NCBI RefSeq assembly: GCF_009834535.1
Contig: NC_045696.1
Location: 105,712,001-105,776,000, forward strand
DNA from: Camelus ferus
Taxonomy: Eukaryota
Length of the DNA: 64,000 bases
Direction: 5' to 3'
Numbering within the stretch: position 1 is the stretch's first letter; every line of letters begins with the position of its first letter. Below the pieces are notes generated by a model. That model was not told the DNA's origin. It saw nothing but the letters and a program-made list of their open reading frames with translations, and did no database searches. Positions 38,260 to 52,463 of this stretch are shown here, piece by piece. Made by a program: the position numbers and the translations under genes.

Positions 38260-38731
38260 TTTTTTTTTAAGTACAGCAGTTACAATGTGTCAGTTTCTGG
38301 TGTACAGTGCAATGTCCCAGTCATACATATATTCATTTTCATATTCTTTTTCATTAAAGGTTATTACAAGATACTGAATATTGTTCCCCACGCTATACAG
38401 AAGAAACTTGTTTTTTCCATCTGTTTTTATATATAGTAGTTAACATGTGCAAATCTCAAACTCCCACATTTATCCCTTCCCATCCTCTTTCCCCAGTAAA
38501 CCTAAGATTGTTTACTATGTCTGCAGGTCTATTTCTGTTTTGTAGATGAGTTCATAACGTCCTCTTTTCTTCTTCTTCTTCTTTTTTTTTTTTTTAGATT
38601 CCACATATGAGCAATCTCATATGGTATTCTTCTTTCTCTTTCTGGCTTACTTCACTTAGAGTGACAATCTCCAGGTCCATCCATGTTGCTGCAAATGGCA
38701 TTATTTTATTCTTTTTTATGGCTGAGTAGTG
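38260..38731 (-). mobile_element. L1 3' fragment
   Basis: Poly-T start. TSD agaatcact at 38251-38259 and 38732-38740. Contains ccatgttgctgcaaatggcattattttattc. Confidence 0.9.
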
Positions 38732-38994
38732 AGAATCACTAGTTTAGAACCAAGAAAGCTGGGATTCTCAAACTAGCAAAATCATCCCCTGGCCTTGTAC
38801 ATAACATCATAACAGACAGGGCTTCTCAAGCATTGTAGTTGGCAGCTCTGGTTTGGTAACTTTGTTTTGAGACCATCTTTGACTTAGAAGGAGGGCACTC
38901 CTCACCTTGGCATTGGGGATCTGTGACCCTTAGGGACCAAGAGGCCAGACGTGTGCATCAGACAGCCTGAGTCCCAGCTCCTTCTCTTACAGGC

Positions 38995-39344
38995 TGTTTT
39001 AGTCCGTTCAGGCTGCTATCACAAAACACCATAGACTGGATGGCTTATAAACAGCAAACATTTCTTTCTCACAGTTCTGGAGGCTGGAAAGTCCAAGATC
39101 AAGGCACCAGCGGATCTGGTGTCTGATGAGAGCCCACTTCCTGGCACAGAACCTGTGCCTTGTCACTGTGTCCTCACATGGTGGGGGGGCAAAGGAACTT
39201 TTTATAATGGCTGATTCCACTCATGAAAGCTCTGCCCTTGTGGCCTAGTCACCTCCCAAAGGCCCCTCCTAATTCTATCCCATTGGGCATTAGGATTTCA
39301 ATATATGAATTGGGGGGGGGGAAACAAGGATTCAGTCCTTAGCC
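38995..39344. mobile_element. MLT1A-like MaLR solo LTR
   Basis: tgttttagtccgttcaggctgctatcacaaaacaccatagactgg..tctcacagttctggaggctggaaagtccaagatcaagg..cacctcccaaaggcccc..ggatttcaatatatgaatt, flanked by (c/t)aggc. Confidence 0.9.
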
Positions 39345-39644
39345 TAGGCCTTGGGACTGGGCCATCACCAAAGCTTTCTGAGCTTCAGTTTCCTCCCTGG
39401 TAAGAAAACCTGCAGTGTGGGACTGTCACAACAGGACTAGGACCTCCACACACAATACTCACTCGTAGAAAGCTCTCAGTGAATCATTGCAGATGGAACT
39501 TTTATCAGCAGCAAAGTCCCTCCTACCTTCCCTGGGCTCTCTCTCTTCCTCCCCTCACTCCTTTATTCTCTGGATACCCCCTTGTTTCCCCAAAATGTCA
39601 AGCAGAGGCAGGGATGGAGGACTATCCAACAAATAACAACAGCT

Positions 39645-39713
39645 TGCTGCACACCAGAAATTGACACAACACTGTAAACTGACTATGCTTCAATTTAAAA
39701 AAATAAGATAAAA
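39645..39713 (+). mobile_element. 69-bp L1 extreme 3' end insertion
   Basis: tgcacaccagaaattgacacaacactgtaaactgactatgcttcaat plus A tail. TSD aaataacaa(c/t)agct at 39631-39644 and 39714-39727. Confidence 0.85.
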
Positions 39714-41589
39714 AAATAACAATAGCTGCCACTTATTAAGTACCAACTCCATGTCTGACTCTGCACCAGTTCAGACTTTAGCACAGATGCTCACATCTAT
39801 AGCATGAGGCAACTACCATATCGTTCTGTATGAGGTTCTGGGAGTTTAGGCAATGAAGTTGCCCACAGTGACACAGGCAGGCAGTGGCAACGCAGGCCTG
39901 ACTCTCAAGACAGAGCTCTCCCTGTCCCTGGTACTTGTACTGCAGTATGCTGTGGTTCACAACTTGCTTGTCCACTTGCATATTCAAATTATTTTAAAAT
40001 CATAGAATCTTAGCTTAAATACCTGAACTCTTCAAAATCATAGAATTTTAGTTTTAAGTGATAAACTGTGCTCCACAGGGCTCTAGGTTCCACGGGGTAC
40101 TCGACATGCTTTGGGAATCAGATGAGGAAACTTCCAGTTACTTGGGGGCAGAGGCTTCCTCTCTCCCAGGAGGCACGTGACTTTTTCTGGTCCAGAGCTC
40201 AATCCACTGTACTAAGCCGCCATTTTTCCAAGTGCAGGGTGCTTCCTCTGCCTGGTGGGCTGCCATTAGAACATGGGGGGCAGGGCCCACCCCACAGGCC
40301 AAGAAGCCTCACTGCCCTGTTTGTCCCTGATTCCCGGGTCATTTCTATCAACCCTGCTGGCTGTGGTGTCAGAAAGTGCAGCCTTCACTGAGAGCCGGGT
40401 CACCCTGAGCTACAGGACTGCCCACTGGAGCCCCCTGTTTATTTTCCTAGCTGGACACATTGGTGACTTGGTGTTTGAAAAGCTCCAACAAGACTGGAAT
40501 GAGAGTCCACAGGAGAATGGATGGTCACCTCACAGAGCCCTGCTGGTGATTTGGAATGTCCTTTAGAAGGCTTTTTAATAAACTTTGTTTGTATCTGCCT
40601 TGATGAGGAACACATTTGCTTGGACCCGTGCAGGGATGTTTGGTTTCAAGGCTTCCCCTTCTTGGCCTTAGAAGTTCTTGGTGGCAGTGGCTGCCTGCAG
40701 GCCCTTGGGACACCCCTGTGGAGGGCTGACCTGCCTCCAGCTTTGTCCCAGTAACTTTAGTCGTGCTACACGCCTGGCCCCCGGTGTCCCTGATAAACTC
40801 CAGAGCTCAGAGTGCAGGGTCAGAAAGGTTTGAAAGTTCAACAGGAAAAAAGGTCCCATTACCTTTTCTAAGAAGCTTCCAGGCTCAGCACTGGAATTTG
40901 TTTTTTCAATCCATCAAGTAATGGCTCTTTGACTCCTGCCTCTCCCAAGTTCCCTGCTTTTCTAGCCTACATCAGTTGTGAGAATTAGTTTCAGTAGCTT
41001 ACACACACAGCAGTTCCTGGCCAGGAACACCTACTATAAAGAGGGAAACTTTTAAGGGCCTGTTCCTCCCATTGGGTTTATCTCCTAGGCAGGAGTAGGC
41101 AACAACCAGCTGCCTTTCCAGACTCCCCACGTGTGATAAGCGCCCTGAAACTCTGTGCTGAACTGTTCAATTTGTCCAAAAAGGGATGAGCATGCAGCCC
41201 TAGGTGCTCTGTGGTCTAGGGTGTGTGCACGCTGATCAACCATACTCTGGGGAAAGGTGGCCATACCACCCTTGCTGGCACTTCTTGTTTTGGAAAGTGG
41301 TCCAGGTGAAATAGTTAGGTTGGCAGTAATTCCAGGCCAGGGGACGGGAAGGAGGCAGCAGGGCAGAGCTCCTGCCCCTCTTATTCAGGGTGAACTCCAC
41401 GTGGCTCAGTGTTACAAATGGCCACCCTGACTAATCCATTTGACAAAAACAGTAACAGCACAGAGAAGGGGCGGTAGGAAGGGGACCAGGTAAGAGGCAT
41501 ACTACAACTGACTAAGACCAAAGTCTGTGACCTGCTGGAGGTTAGGGTGGTGCCTGAGGAAAAAGGTTTCCTGTCAGTCTCTGGAGTCG

Positions 41590-41970
41590 CACAGGCGTGG
41601 ATTTAAAACCCAGCTCTGCTCCTTCCCGGCCATGTGCCCTGGGCAAGTTCCTTAGCTTCTCAGCTTTAGTTTTCTCATCTGTGAAATGGGGATAACAGTA
41701 CTTTCCTTGAAGGGTTGTTTTAATGGTTAGAAAATAATATATGATGTATATGTATATAAATGCATAGAAAAGAATGTGGAAGGATAAATCCCAAAGCTGG
41801 GAGACCAGGAAGAGCAGAGGGAGGGGAAGGTGGGAGAGAGTGAGGGGGCTTCCACTTTCACAGGCCGAGAAGGATAACAGTGTGAGGGAAGAGAGAGAAG
41901 ACAAGCTGTGTGTGTGATTTATAATACGCTTAGCCCACTGCACATAGTAAATGCTTAATAAATAGTACCT
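41590..41970 (+). mobile_element. MIR SINE split by about 180 bp of other sequence
   Basis: MIR core at 41630-41700. MIR 3' end (cacatagtaaatgcttaataaat) at 41930-41965. Confidence 0.7.
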
Positions 41971-44900
41971 ATTATTACTCATTTTTTTCTCAAAAGTCCT
42001 GGATACTTATGGATGCAGTAAAGGAGCTGTCACCATCAAAAGCCCCTTGTAGAAGTCCCTCTTGATTCTGACTGGGAACAGAGGAAGGAGTTTCCATCAA
42101 AGGGCCTCCACTTTATTTTGGTTCAAAACCACAAACGGGCAAGGAAGCTGGATGTGGGGACACTTCGTGGGTCACTTTCTTATTATGAAACCTGAGAGTG
42201 AGCAGTTCCCGCCTCGCTGGCAAACCTGCAGCCTCCCTTCCAGACTCAGCTGAAGCCCCTCTCAGGCTGCGCTGTCAGCCAGGCCCAGGCAGCCCGTGGA
42301 GCCTCCCTCCCAATGCCATCCTGGAGGGGCAGCCCAGATATGCAGTACACAAACACCCCAGCAGCAGCCTGTCTCATAACACCACGTGTCCAAATAAATG
42401 GAGCTGTTGACTCAGGCTAATTAGATGAGGGGTCTTTCCTAGAGAGCAATCTGTGTGAGGCTAAGAAAAACAGGATTCTCAGCGGACTTAGGCCCCTAAT
42501 CCCCGGCTTCCCCAGCAGAGCCCTGGCCTGGAGGAACTGGGGGGCCTCCCAGAGATGCCCTGTCGGGAGCCAGCCAGAAGGTTGCATTCCTGTTCTGCTG
42601 CCTGCCTCCAGGCTGGTTCATCCCACCTGGGCAGGAGGATGGGGGATTCAGGGCCTCAGTGGGGCCAGGCCCCAGGCTGAGGGCTTCCCTGGAGCTAAAC
42701 ACCTCAGCTGCAGGCAGCAGGGCTGGTGAAAGAGCCCCACAATCCCCTCAGCATAGCCCCAGATGGGTTTATTTTGACCCCGAGAGATGGGTACCATTCA
42801 GGCCGTGGCCACCAGGCTCACCTTCCTAGTAGAAGTTGATTAAAGGTAGAGATGGGTTTATGGGGATCCCCTGTCACACACACATGCACCCCACCAGCAT
42901 ACAGAAGAAAAAGCAGAAAAACAGGAGGGGGTATGTTATAAAGCATCTGCAAAGGGACCAGTCACTCGCAAGGCCCACACTATCTTGCATTCACACGTCT
43001 GATCCATGAGCAAGGACCTTGTTTAAGTCATCTCTCCAAGTCACCACGGGGACAGTCAGGATCCAGTACTTTAATGAGGACTAACTCTGGAAATGTGTGC
43101 GAAGGGCTTGGCCCCTTTCCCAGCCTGCAGCAAATGCTTTGTCAAAGGTCTACCACTGTCACTGAGGCTTGTGGGGCAGGCAGGGAGCAGGCTGGAGCTG
43201 CAACTCCTTTCAGAACGTGTGGAGCTTACAAACTGGGGAGATGACTCAGATGTTAGAAAGGGGCCCAGGCAACTTCAGCTCAGAACCAGGAGAAGCAGAG
43301 CTCAGAGGACAGAGAGAGATTCCAGTAAAGGTCAGAGAAGGCTTCCTGGAGGGGCTGTAATTCCCAGGGAATCATGAAGGGACAGGCAGGATTTGGGCAG
43401 GTGGAGAGGAGAGGGGATGACATTCAGGTGGGGGAACAGCAAACGTAAAGGCTGGAAATTGGAAAGGTGCCCAGCAGAAGCAGAATGCCTGCAGGGGGCC
43501 AGAAGAAGAGGAGATGAGCTTGTCAGAGGAGACAGCTGGGCCTCAAGTGGTCAAACAAGGCCCCTGATGGAGGGATGGGGCCAGAACAGGAAGTTCTGCA
43601 GGTAGAACAGGAAGTCTTACCCCCCTGAGTGCCCCGCGTGGCCAGCCTGGTCCTGCCCCCTTGCCTCCATTCACCCAGTTCCACCACCTCTCATGCCTCC
43701 TAGGCTTATCCTCTCGTCTGCCCTCATGCATACCCAACACTCGCCTTTGCCCAGAAGCCTTCCGTCTAGGAAAAGCATGGGTCACTGGGCTTGAGCAAGT
43801 CATTTAACTTCAACAGACCTCCTCTTTATACTCATACTTGCCTATCTGTGAAATGGGAAAAGCATCTACCTCCATGGCTATACTGAGATGAAATCAGGTA
43901 AGGTGTGCAGAGTGCCCACTAGGTGTCTGACACACAGTAAGTAGGTTCTCAGTAAACATTTGACGTATGAATGGATTCAAAGCCATGTAACTCCAGGCGT
44001 CCCTCCACTCTACACAGAAAAGCCTTCTCTCTATCCTGTGAAACCCTAATCCTTTCTTTCCTCCCGACATGGGCTGGTGGAGGCTCCCCATTGGAACACC
44101 TTCCCTTCTCTCAGTCCCCCATGGAGACCCAGCTCAGCGCCCTCAGGCCAGACATCACACGGCCTCCTAACGGTATACACAACATTATTCACTGCTTTGT
44201 CAGAAGGCAGATCTGGCCATCCGCTCCTTGGGAGCAGAGAACAGTCCACCTTCTCTTGTGCCCTACACAGTACCCAGGATGAAGCTGGCACATGCCACCT
44301 GCTGGGCAGGGGCTGCGTTCAGATATCTTCAAGGACCAGGTAGGTGACATCAATGAGGTGGTGACATACCCCAGGGCATGGCAGGGCCTGTGGCAAGCTG
44401 GAGAGCCTTGCTGTATGTTGACTGGCTGACCAAGTAGCACAGGGAAGAAGTTCTTCAGAGGCAGAAGTCCTAGATCCCTTGCTCGCCAGGTGACTGTAGC
44501 CAAGTGGCTTCCCTCTCTCTGGACCACAGGGACACTGTCCAAAGAGGCCAACAAAGCCTTTCAGGTAGTTCTTAAGCTGAGAAAAAGATCAAATGAGTTG
44601 GTGCTTCTGAGAACACTTTGAAAGCCTTAGGCTCTGTGGTGACCTGAGGGGCCAGTTCAGAAGTCCTAACATTTCCCCCCAAACCAGGCCCCCAACTCAG
44701 ATGATCAGGAACAGGTGTAAGGTTAACGAGCTTAAAAGGCCCCCGCTGCCCTGCTGGGGGCCTCCCCTATCTCTCCAGGATCTCTGGCGGCCCTGGCTCC
44801 ACAACGGGGTGGTAATTGGGTCCCTCTGGAAAACAGCAGAGGCGGCTTAGGGTAGCTGAGGGCGGCAGAAACCCTATCCCCTCCAGAGCCCTGACATTCT

Positions 44901-45269
44901 CATCAGCTCCTCTCTCGCCTGCCAACCAGGGCTGCAGTTTCCTGGGACCACCTGGCCTCCCTCCCACCCCTGTTTCCATGGCTCCCTGCTGGTCCCCTCT
45001 GCTGCCGAGGCAGAGACTAGTGACTGGCAGTGCCCCAGGGCTGTCTTCACTCCAAGGTCTTGGTGGCAGCTGCCAAATGGCACAGTGACCTTCTCAACCC
45101 CAGTTCCAGCGTCACTCTCACCACGAGGGGTAAGGAGACGCTGAGCCCCAACCCGTGGCCCAGACTGACCCCAGACACTGAGGCCAGCTGTCACCAGTCA
45201 CCAAGAGCACAAGCTGCCCGTGAACAAGTGTGCTCCTGGCTTTGCGTCAAAGATGCTACTATGATAGTT

Positions 45270-45910
45270 ATCAGGGCTCAAGCACCTGCTATTTGCTCAG
45301 CACTTTCCAAGTCCTCCCAACAGCTCTGAGAGGCAGTTATGAGACCCATTTTTCAGATGGGGAAACTTCAGCTCAGAGAGAGGGCAACTTGCCAAGGTGT
45401 AGAAATAGAATTCAGCCTCAGTTCTGACTACAAGCCACATGCTTATGCTATCAAAATGCCTCACATGTTCACTTCACAAGCTTTTACGGAGCACTTACTA
45501 TGTGCTGACCTCTGTTACAGCACAGAGAATATAACAGTGCACAAAACAGACATGACCCTTGCCTGCGTGATGCTTATGGAGTAAGAGGAGAAACAGACAC
45601 TAAGGGTCAAATTGGAGAAATATATAAGCATAAATAGTGATAAATGCAGTAGAACTGTACCAGGAGAACTTGCCCTGTGTGGGGCTCAGTCCTGAAGGAT
45701 GAAACAATGTTAACTAAGAGAAAGCAGGGTGCTGAGTGGCAGGTGGGCACAGGGAGTCCTCCAGATGCAGAGAATGGCATAAGCTGGGAAGGAGAGATGC
45801 CAGGGTGACTGGAGCACAGGTAGCCCAGGGAGAGCTCCTGAGAGGAGGCTGGGGGCTGGCAGAGCCAGACCACTCTGGACTTTATAGGCCAAGGTAAGGA
45901 TTTACCGTTG
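45270..45910 (-). mobile_element. MIR followed by L2 fragments
   Basis: cccatttttcagatggggaaact; gagcacttactatgtgc; aggccaaggtaaggattt. Confidence 0.6.
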
Positions 45911-46119
45911 CCCTCAAGGGCTCCCCCAACAAGCCCCTAGAGTAAGAGCATCTGGTTGGCATAATTCAAGACCCACTACGGCTGCAGTGTGGATATGGAT
46001 TGTTGGTGTGCACACATGCCTCCTGTCCATGCAATCCAATCATCCCCCCTTCTAGAGTCAGGGCTTCTCACCCCCATGTCACAGAAAGTGTTAAAATGAC
46101 AATATTTATAAAAAGTGCC

Positions 46120-47040
46120 CATAGGAGGGGTAATATAGGGGTAGGGGATTAAGAGATACAAACTATTATGTATAAAATAAACTACAAGGATACATTGTAC
46201 AACATGGGGAACATAGTTAATATTTTATAATTATAAATGGAGTATAATCTTTAAAAATTGTGAATCATTATATTGTATACCTTTAATGTATAATATTAAA
46301 CATCAAATATACTTCAATGACTATAAATAAATAAAATAATAAAAATAAATGTTTTAATGTTCATAGCAGCTTTATCTAAAAACTGATATCTAAAAACTGG
46401 ATACAGCTCAGGAGTCTAATAGAAGAATGGGCAAACTAACTATATTATAGCCAAACAGTGAAATACTACTCAGCAATAAAAATGAACAAACTACTGATAC
46501 ACACACACACAACATGAATGAATCTCAAGATTATTCTGAATGAAATATTACTCAAAAGAATCCATTTACATGACTTTCTAGAACAGGCAAAACTAATCCA
46601 TGGGGGAAACACCAAAAAAGTGGTTGCCTCAGGGCAGGAGCAGGGACTGACTGGGAAGGGGGAGTAGGGAACTTCCTGCAGAGATGATGATGCTCTGTAT
46701 CTTGATTACACTGGTGTGCACTTTAGTCAAAACTCATGGATGGTAGAGTTAATATCAGCTCATTTATATCTAGGGGGGAAAAGGACCATAAATAAATATT
46801 TAATTCTAGTTAATGATATGCATGCTGAACTGTTTAGGGATGAAGTATACTAATGTCTGCAATCTATCATGCAATGATACATTTATTCTGAAATGTATCA
46901 AAACAGAAGATGAACAGACCAATGAATAGAAGTATGAGTAAATGGATAGATATATAATAAAGCAAATATAGCAAAATGATCATTGTAGAATGTGGGTGGT
47001 TAGTATGTACATGTATTATGTTTAAAGATCTTCAGAATGA
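46120..47040 (+). mobile_element. L1 3' fragments (a younger tail followed by an older L1M 3' UTR)
   Basis: gagatacaaactattatgtataaaataaactacaaggat; tgttcatagcagctttat..aatactactcagcaataaaa. Confidence 0.75.
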
Positions 47041-47963
47041 AATGATGGGGGGAGGGGATCATTATCAATAACTTCCTAAATGTTACATTAAATAGAATCA
47101 GAGAAATGGGTTTCAAATCTTGACAGGGCCATTTCCTACCTGTCTGATCTAGGACAAGACTTAAACTTGCCGAGTCTCAGTGTCGTAATGCATAAAAGGA
47201 AGTGGATAAATAACATCTATCACAGAGTTCTTGTGAGGATGATATGAGAGAAGATATGCAAAGGGCTTGGAAAGGTCCATTGTGACCTGAAGCTATTAAA
47301 AAAAAAAAAGAAGAGTCTTCCATTACAAACTCACGGAAACCCTAGATTTAAAAATAACTAATAAAAAATCCATTTTTTTCAACTTCTAGCTCTCAAGAAA
47401 GAAAAATCCCAAAACACCAGAAACAGAGGGAACTAAAAGTCAGAGAGGAGCACGTGAAATGACATTGAAGAAACCCTAGATAAGGCACAGCGGGCTTACA
47501 CACTGCAAAATAGCTCTAAAGGTAGGATGCTTCAGTTCTCACCCTCTTACAGAGACAAGAGACCAAATTAGGAGTGAGAATCCTACATAAAGTCAAGACT
47601 TTTCAAGTGCTTTACCCTTAGTGAACAGAAGGTTAGAAAAACTTCCTTACCAGCCCAAAGACACAGCAATGAAGCTTTTCTCTTCCCCGTCTCCCATAAG
47701 AAATCAAAACACCAAGCTTGCACCACGTGATGATTTAGAGTTGGACTTATACCACCCACTCTGTGCAGCAATCCTAAGCCAAAAAATTAACATATAAACA
47801 AAAAATAGATCCCAAGCTGCTGATACTTCCAGGGCACCTGGCAAAACCAAAATAAAACCTTTCTGTTGGGTCATTCCTACAACTCGGGCAGTACAAGATT
47901 CCCACAGGGAAAGAAATCACCAAAGAAAATGGCAGATCACACAAAGAAGAGTTTACCAGGAGT

Positions 47964-48097
47964 GGGGGAGGGCATAGCTCAGTGGTAGAGTGCCTGCCTA
48001 GCTGCACAAAGTCTGGGTTCAATCCCTAGTACCTCTATTTAAAAAAAATAAATAAACTTAATTACCTAACCCCCCCCCTAAAAAAAGCCTAAAAAAA
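47964..48097 (+). mobile_element. tRNA-Ala-derived SINE (Vic-1-like) inside an old L1 5'/ORF1-like region
   Basis: TSD agtttaccaggagt at 47950-47963 and 48104-48117. tRNA-Ala head. Confidence 0.9.
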
Positions 48098-48119
48098 GAA
48101 GAAAGTTTACCAGGAGTAA

Positions 48120-48990
48120 GTTTTCAGACACAACAAACAGGAGAAGTGGCATCCCAAGAGCTTCTGATAATTGAACATCCTAAGTGACCATAAAACATCT
48201 ATGTTTAAAAATAATAAAAGAGAAAAAGAGAAGGAACAGAAACTATAATGAAATACTAGGCAGTTTTTTTTTAAAGAACCAAATAAAACTTCCAGAAATG
48301 AAAAAATATCATTATCAAAATAAAAATTTCAATGGATGGGTAAAATTGTAGGTTAGATGGAGCCGAGAAGAAAATTACTGAATTAGAAAATAGTTGTAAG
48401 GAAATCACTCATAAGATACGGAGAGAGAAAGTGATGGAAAATACAAAAGATAATTAAGAGAAAAAGAAGAGGGAATGAGAAGGCCCAATAAACTTGTAAT
48501 AGTAAAGAACAAAAAGAATGGGGAAAGGTAGTATTAAAAGATATAGCAGCCAAGAATTCTCGGAAATTATGAAAACTATGAATCTTCATAAGGAAGAATC
48601 ACCCCAATCCCCAGATTATAAGAAGATAAGTCCAGGCCTAGACATATCATATTAAAATGCAAAACATTAAAATAAAATCTTAAAAGCAGCTAAAGAGAAC
48701 AGAGACATTACCTACAAAGGAACAATTAGGCTTACCTATCTCCTATGTGCTGAGGAAAAATAACTGTCAACTTCAGTGTTCTATATCCAGCTATATTAAC
48801 ATTTAACAGGGAGAATGAAATTTTAAAATTTCACCAACACTTACTATTCACAGACTTTTGTTGAAAGCACTATGGAACCATATACTTTGGAAAGAAGGAA
48901 ATTAAACTCAGAAGGAAGAAATGGATGAGCAAAGAAAATGCAAACATGTAGCTAACTCCAAACAAGCATTACCTGTAAAAATACAGACAA
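48120..48990 (+). mobile_element. Old L1M ORF1-region remnant
   Basis: aagaaccaaataaaacttccagaaatgaaaaa; aaatcttaaaagcagctaaagaga; ttctatatccagcta. Confidence 0.6.
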
Positions 48991-49444
48991 TAATGACAAA
49001 GCCTTAGCACATAATAAGTGCTTGACTAATGTTTATTGGTTGGTGATTTTTGAATGTGTGTATCTTTTCTGAGACATAATTCTGCATATGTTTTGGGCAT
49101 GAACTTAGAAGCACTTCAGCTTATGATTGTCACATCCTACTCACTTCTTTATTCCAGGAATGTTTCATCATTTCTGGTCTACCATCATTTCTGGTATCCC
49201 TTCATAATTTAAGTGCAACTCTGTATTTATTATTTTACCTTTTTAATTTTTTCCATCTTTGCTTGGTGAGGGAGGGAATTCCACTTTGAGTTCAGTCTAC
49301 CATTTTGAAACTCACTCAGTACATTTTTATTGAACTGGAAAAACTATTCCCACCCTTCTGGTAGTGCAGCCAACAAGAACAACCCACACTGCCTGCAAAC
49401 TCCAGAGTAGTTAGATCTTATGTGGCAACTCAGGGCTGCAAGTA

Positions 49445-49853
49445 CAGATCTTTCTTGACTGAAAAATACTGTAAGTTGAAAATACCATAAGTCAAAAATG
49501 CATTCAATATACCTAGTCTACCAAGCATTGTAGCTTACCCTAGCCTACCTTAAACACACTTAGAACACTTAACGTTAGCCTACAGTTGGGCAACATCATC
49601 TAACACAAAGCCTCTTTATAATAAAGGGTTGAAAATCTCATGTAACTTATTGAATACCGCACTGAAAGTGAAAAACAGAATGGCTGTAAGTATATCAATT
49701 GTTTAACTTCATGATCTCGTGAGAGAGTATTGTGCCGCATATTGCTAGCCCAGGAAAAGATCAAAATTCAAAATTCGAAATTCAGTTTCTACTGAATTCA
49801 TATCACTTTCACACCACCATAAAGCCGAAAAATCCTAAGTCCGAGACCATCTA
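49445..49853. mobile_element. MER47/Tigger5-family TcMar DNA transposon
   Basis: cagat..gtaagttgaaaata..ctagcctaccttaaac..ttagcctacagttgggcaa..gaaagtgaaaaacagaatgg..gaccatct, with TA flanks. Confidence 0.88.
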
Positions 49854-50899
49854 TATAAGCGTTCCAGGACCCAAACAAAGCCTGTGAAATTGCACCGTGT
49901 CACTTTCACTGTACCATATTGGTCAAGGTAGTCACAAGAACACTCAGATTCAAGGGGAGGGGGCACATTTCTCTCTCTCAGTGGGAGAAATGTCACAGAA
50001 TTTGGAAGCCATATTTTAAAACTATCACTTACAATTGGCACACAGCTGAGATCTGGTGCAACTAAAATTTGGAGGTAAAGAACAAGTAACAATACCAATC
50101 AGGTCTATAAGTTACTGAGCATATACGATATTCCAGACACTTTACTTCCATACTTATCTTTGCACCAAACCCGTGAGATAAGTAGGAATAATACTCCTCA
50201 TGTCATAGAAGAGGATGCTGGACTCTTAGGGTTGGTGTGAATGCCCAAGGTCAGACAGCTAATGAATGGCCAGATTCAAATCCAGGGCAGCCACACAGTG
50301 AGGCCAGGCTTCCACCCACTCTGCTGTACTAACTCTTAAAGTAACTGAGCAGGGACAACGTACTCTAGTCCTGGCTCACTAAGGAATTTGAGCTTGGAGC
50401 CAGCCATCAGGAGAGGGAGGTGGCACCCCAGAGCAGGGGCTTCCTGTATAAACAGGAGGCGCATGGGAAGCGGCACTGTGGTGCAGGGACAATGGGTAGT
50501 GAGCAGGCAGGGCCTCCTGTCTCCGGTGGGCGCTTAGGGCTGCGGGCGGCCGGGCAGGAACAGCTGGGGCCCTGACTCCCTGACGCCTGGCCCAGGAGAG
50601 GAACTGCCCCTCTCATGGCTTTCCCAGGAGGAAGTTCCCCACTGATTCTCGGGAAGCCCTTCCCATCCCAGGCCTCGGCTGTGCCTAGACCTCCTCTTTC
50701 TTCTTCAGGAGCATGTTGTCTTTAGGGCTAATCTGGGATACAGGCCTCCTCTGAAGTCCCCGTGGCCTGGAGGCTTGGAGGGTGTGGGCAAGCCAAGCCG
50801 GGCTCACATGCCAATCTAGGAGGCAGCCACTTCTGAACAAATGCTAAGGGGAAAAGCATAGGGAAATTAAAAAAAGACAAAAACAAAAAACTTGGAATA

Positions 50900-51100
50900 C
50901 GTAAAGCAAAAACACCTGACTCCACAACCCAACTACAGTTCTAACAGCTGTGTGACCTCAAGCAAGACACGTAACCTCTCTGAGCCAGTTTCCTCATTTG
51001 TAAAGGGGGACAATAATATCTATCTGAAAAGAGTTGTCTGAAGATTAATGAGATAATTTGTGTAAAGTTACCAGCACCTAGTAAGAGTTGCATAAATAAT
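50900..51100 (+). mobile_element. MIR SINE
   Basis: gctgtgtgacctcaagcaag..aacctctctgagccagtttcctcatttgtaaa. Confidence 0.75.
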
Positions 51101-51379
51101 CTCTGTATTTAAAGCACTTAAGGAGCAACCCCCCAACTATCCACAACCAGTATACTGTAGAATCTGATTTTTCACCATCAGAGAGGTACAAATCACCCCA
51201 AAAAGGAGCAAGACACCCCAGGCCCAGGAAGCCAGAGAAGGCAGGTCTGAAAGAGGGTCCTGAGTCGCCCCTCACCACTGCCAGCCCAAGGCTTTCATTA
51301 CGCCACACACTCTTGGTCACCCCCAATTTCTCTGGCTGCTCCTGCTTTTTTATGGACTCCGCAAATCTTCTCATCTCTT

Positions 51380-52150
51380 TTCTTCTCTCTCTCTCTCCAC
51401 ACCCTCCCAGGGGGACTTCATCCTGTCCCATCTATAGGTTGATGACCCCAAACCTCTCTCATGAGTCCAGACCCGCATGTCCAACCGCCACCCAGACACC
51501 TCCACCTGATGCCCCTCAGGCACCTCAAACACAACAGGTTCCTCACAGACAACCATCTCACCCAAGAAACCTGCGGGCCCCTCTTGCCATCCTGCTTCTT
51601 CCTTAGTGCAGGCACATCACCTCTCCCCTGACTCCATGTGTTTTACATTGGTGCTTGGCACCTCCAACCATCCTCCACGCTGCAGCCCCTCCTCTCACTC
51701 CCCTTTGAAATCCAAATGGCCTCAGGATAAATTCCACGTCCCTCAGGGAGGCACCCCTGGCCCTCAGTGACATGGACTTTGTCAACCTGTCTAACTTCAT
51801 CGCCCACTGCCCACCACCCCTCCCCCACGCAGGGCCCCACCAAACCCTGAGAGCACCATTCCCTCCCTCAGCTCTGGGTCTTCACACACATGCTTCTTCT
51901 TATTGCAATGCCTTCCCCACATCTTCCCCCAAGACTTAGCTCTAGCATCACCTCCTCCGAGAAGACTTCCCTCACTTTTCCCCATCACAGTACTTTTGAC
52001 ATACTGAGTTGCATTTGTCTGTTTACCTACCCAACTCACCGCTAAACTGCACGTCCCCAAGGCCACAAACGAGGCCTTCCTCTCCAGATTCCCAGGCCAA
52101 GCACAAGACCATTACAGAGGCAGTGTCTGCATGGATGCATGAATGAATGA
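51380..52150 (+). mobile_element. L2 3' region remnant
   Basis: aggcacctcaaacacaaca; ctcaggataaattcca; terminal atgaatgaatga. Confidence 0.6.
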
Positions 52151-52463
52151 CAAATTCTGCCAACCAGGGAGTGATACCTAAAAGCTGCCACTGCGGGAGT
52201 AGCCAGTCCCCACAAACCCACATCTGTGATAGAAGCTTCCTCCTCCCAAATGGCTCATGTAGTGTAAAGTTGCAAATAATTTTGCCCAACAGCCCCAGGA
52301 GCCAAAGAAAACCTGGTGGGGTCGTCACAGAAATGCCCTTCCATTCCCAGACCTGAAAAATGGAGAGAAATATCAGGAAGCATTTGGTAACCATATATAA
52401 CAGGCATTCCTTATGAAGAGATTTTTAAGACTCAAACAGGATAAAAAGGGAGTAGGAGTTGGG

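Noticed and set aside
39997..40055. Short spaced direct repeat aaaatcatagaat, and the tandem ccagcactgatttt at 62547-62578, as CRISPR-like arrays
   Set aside because: Only two units each, in mammalian DNA, with no cas genes. Ordinary local duplications.
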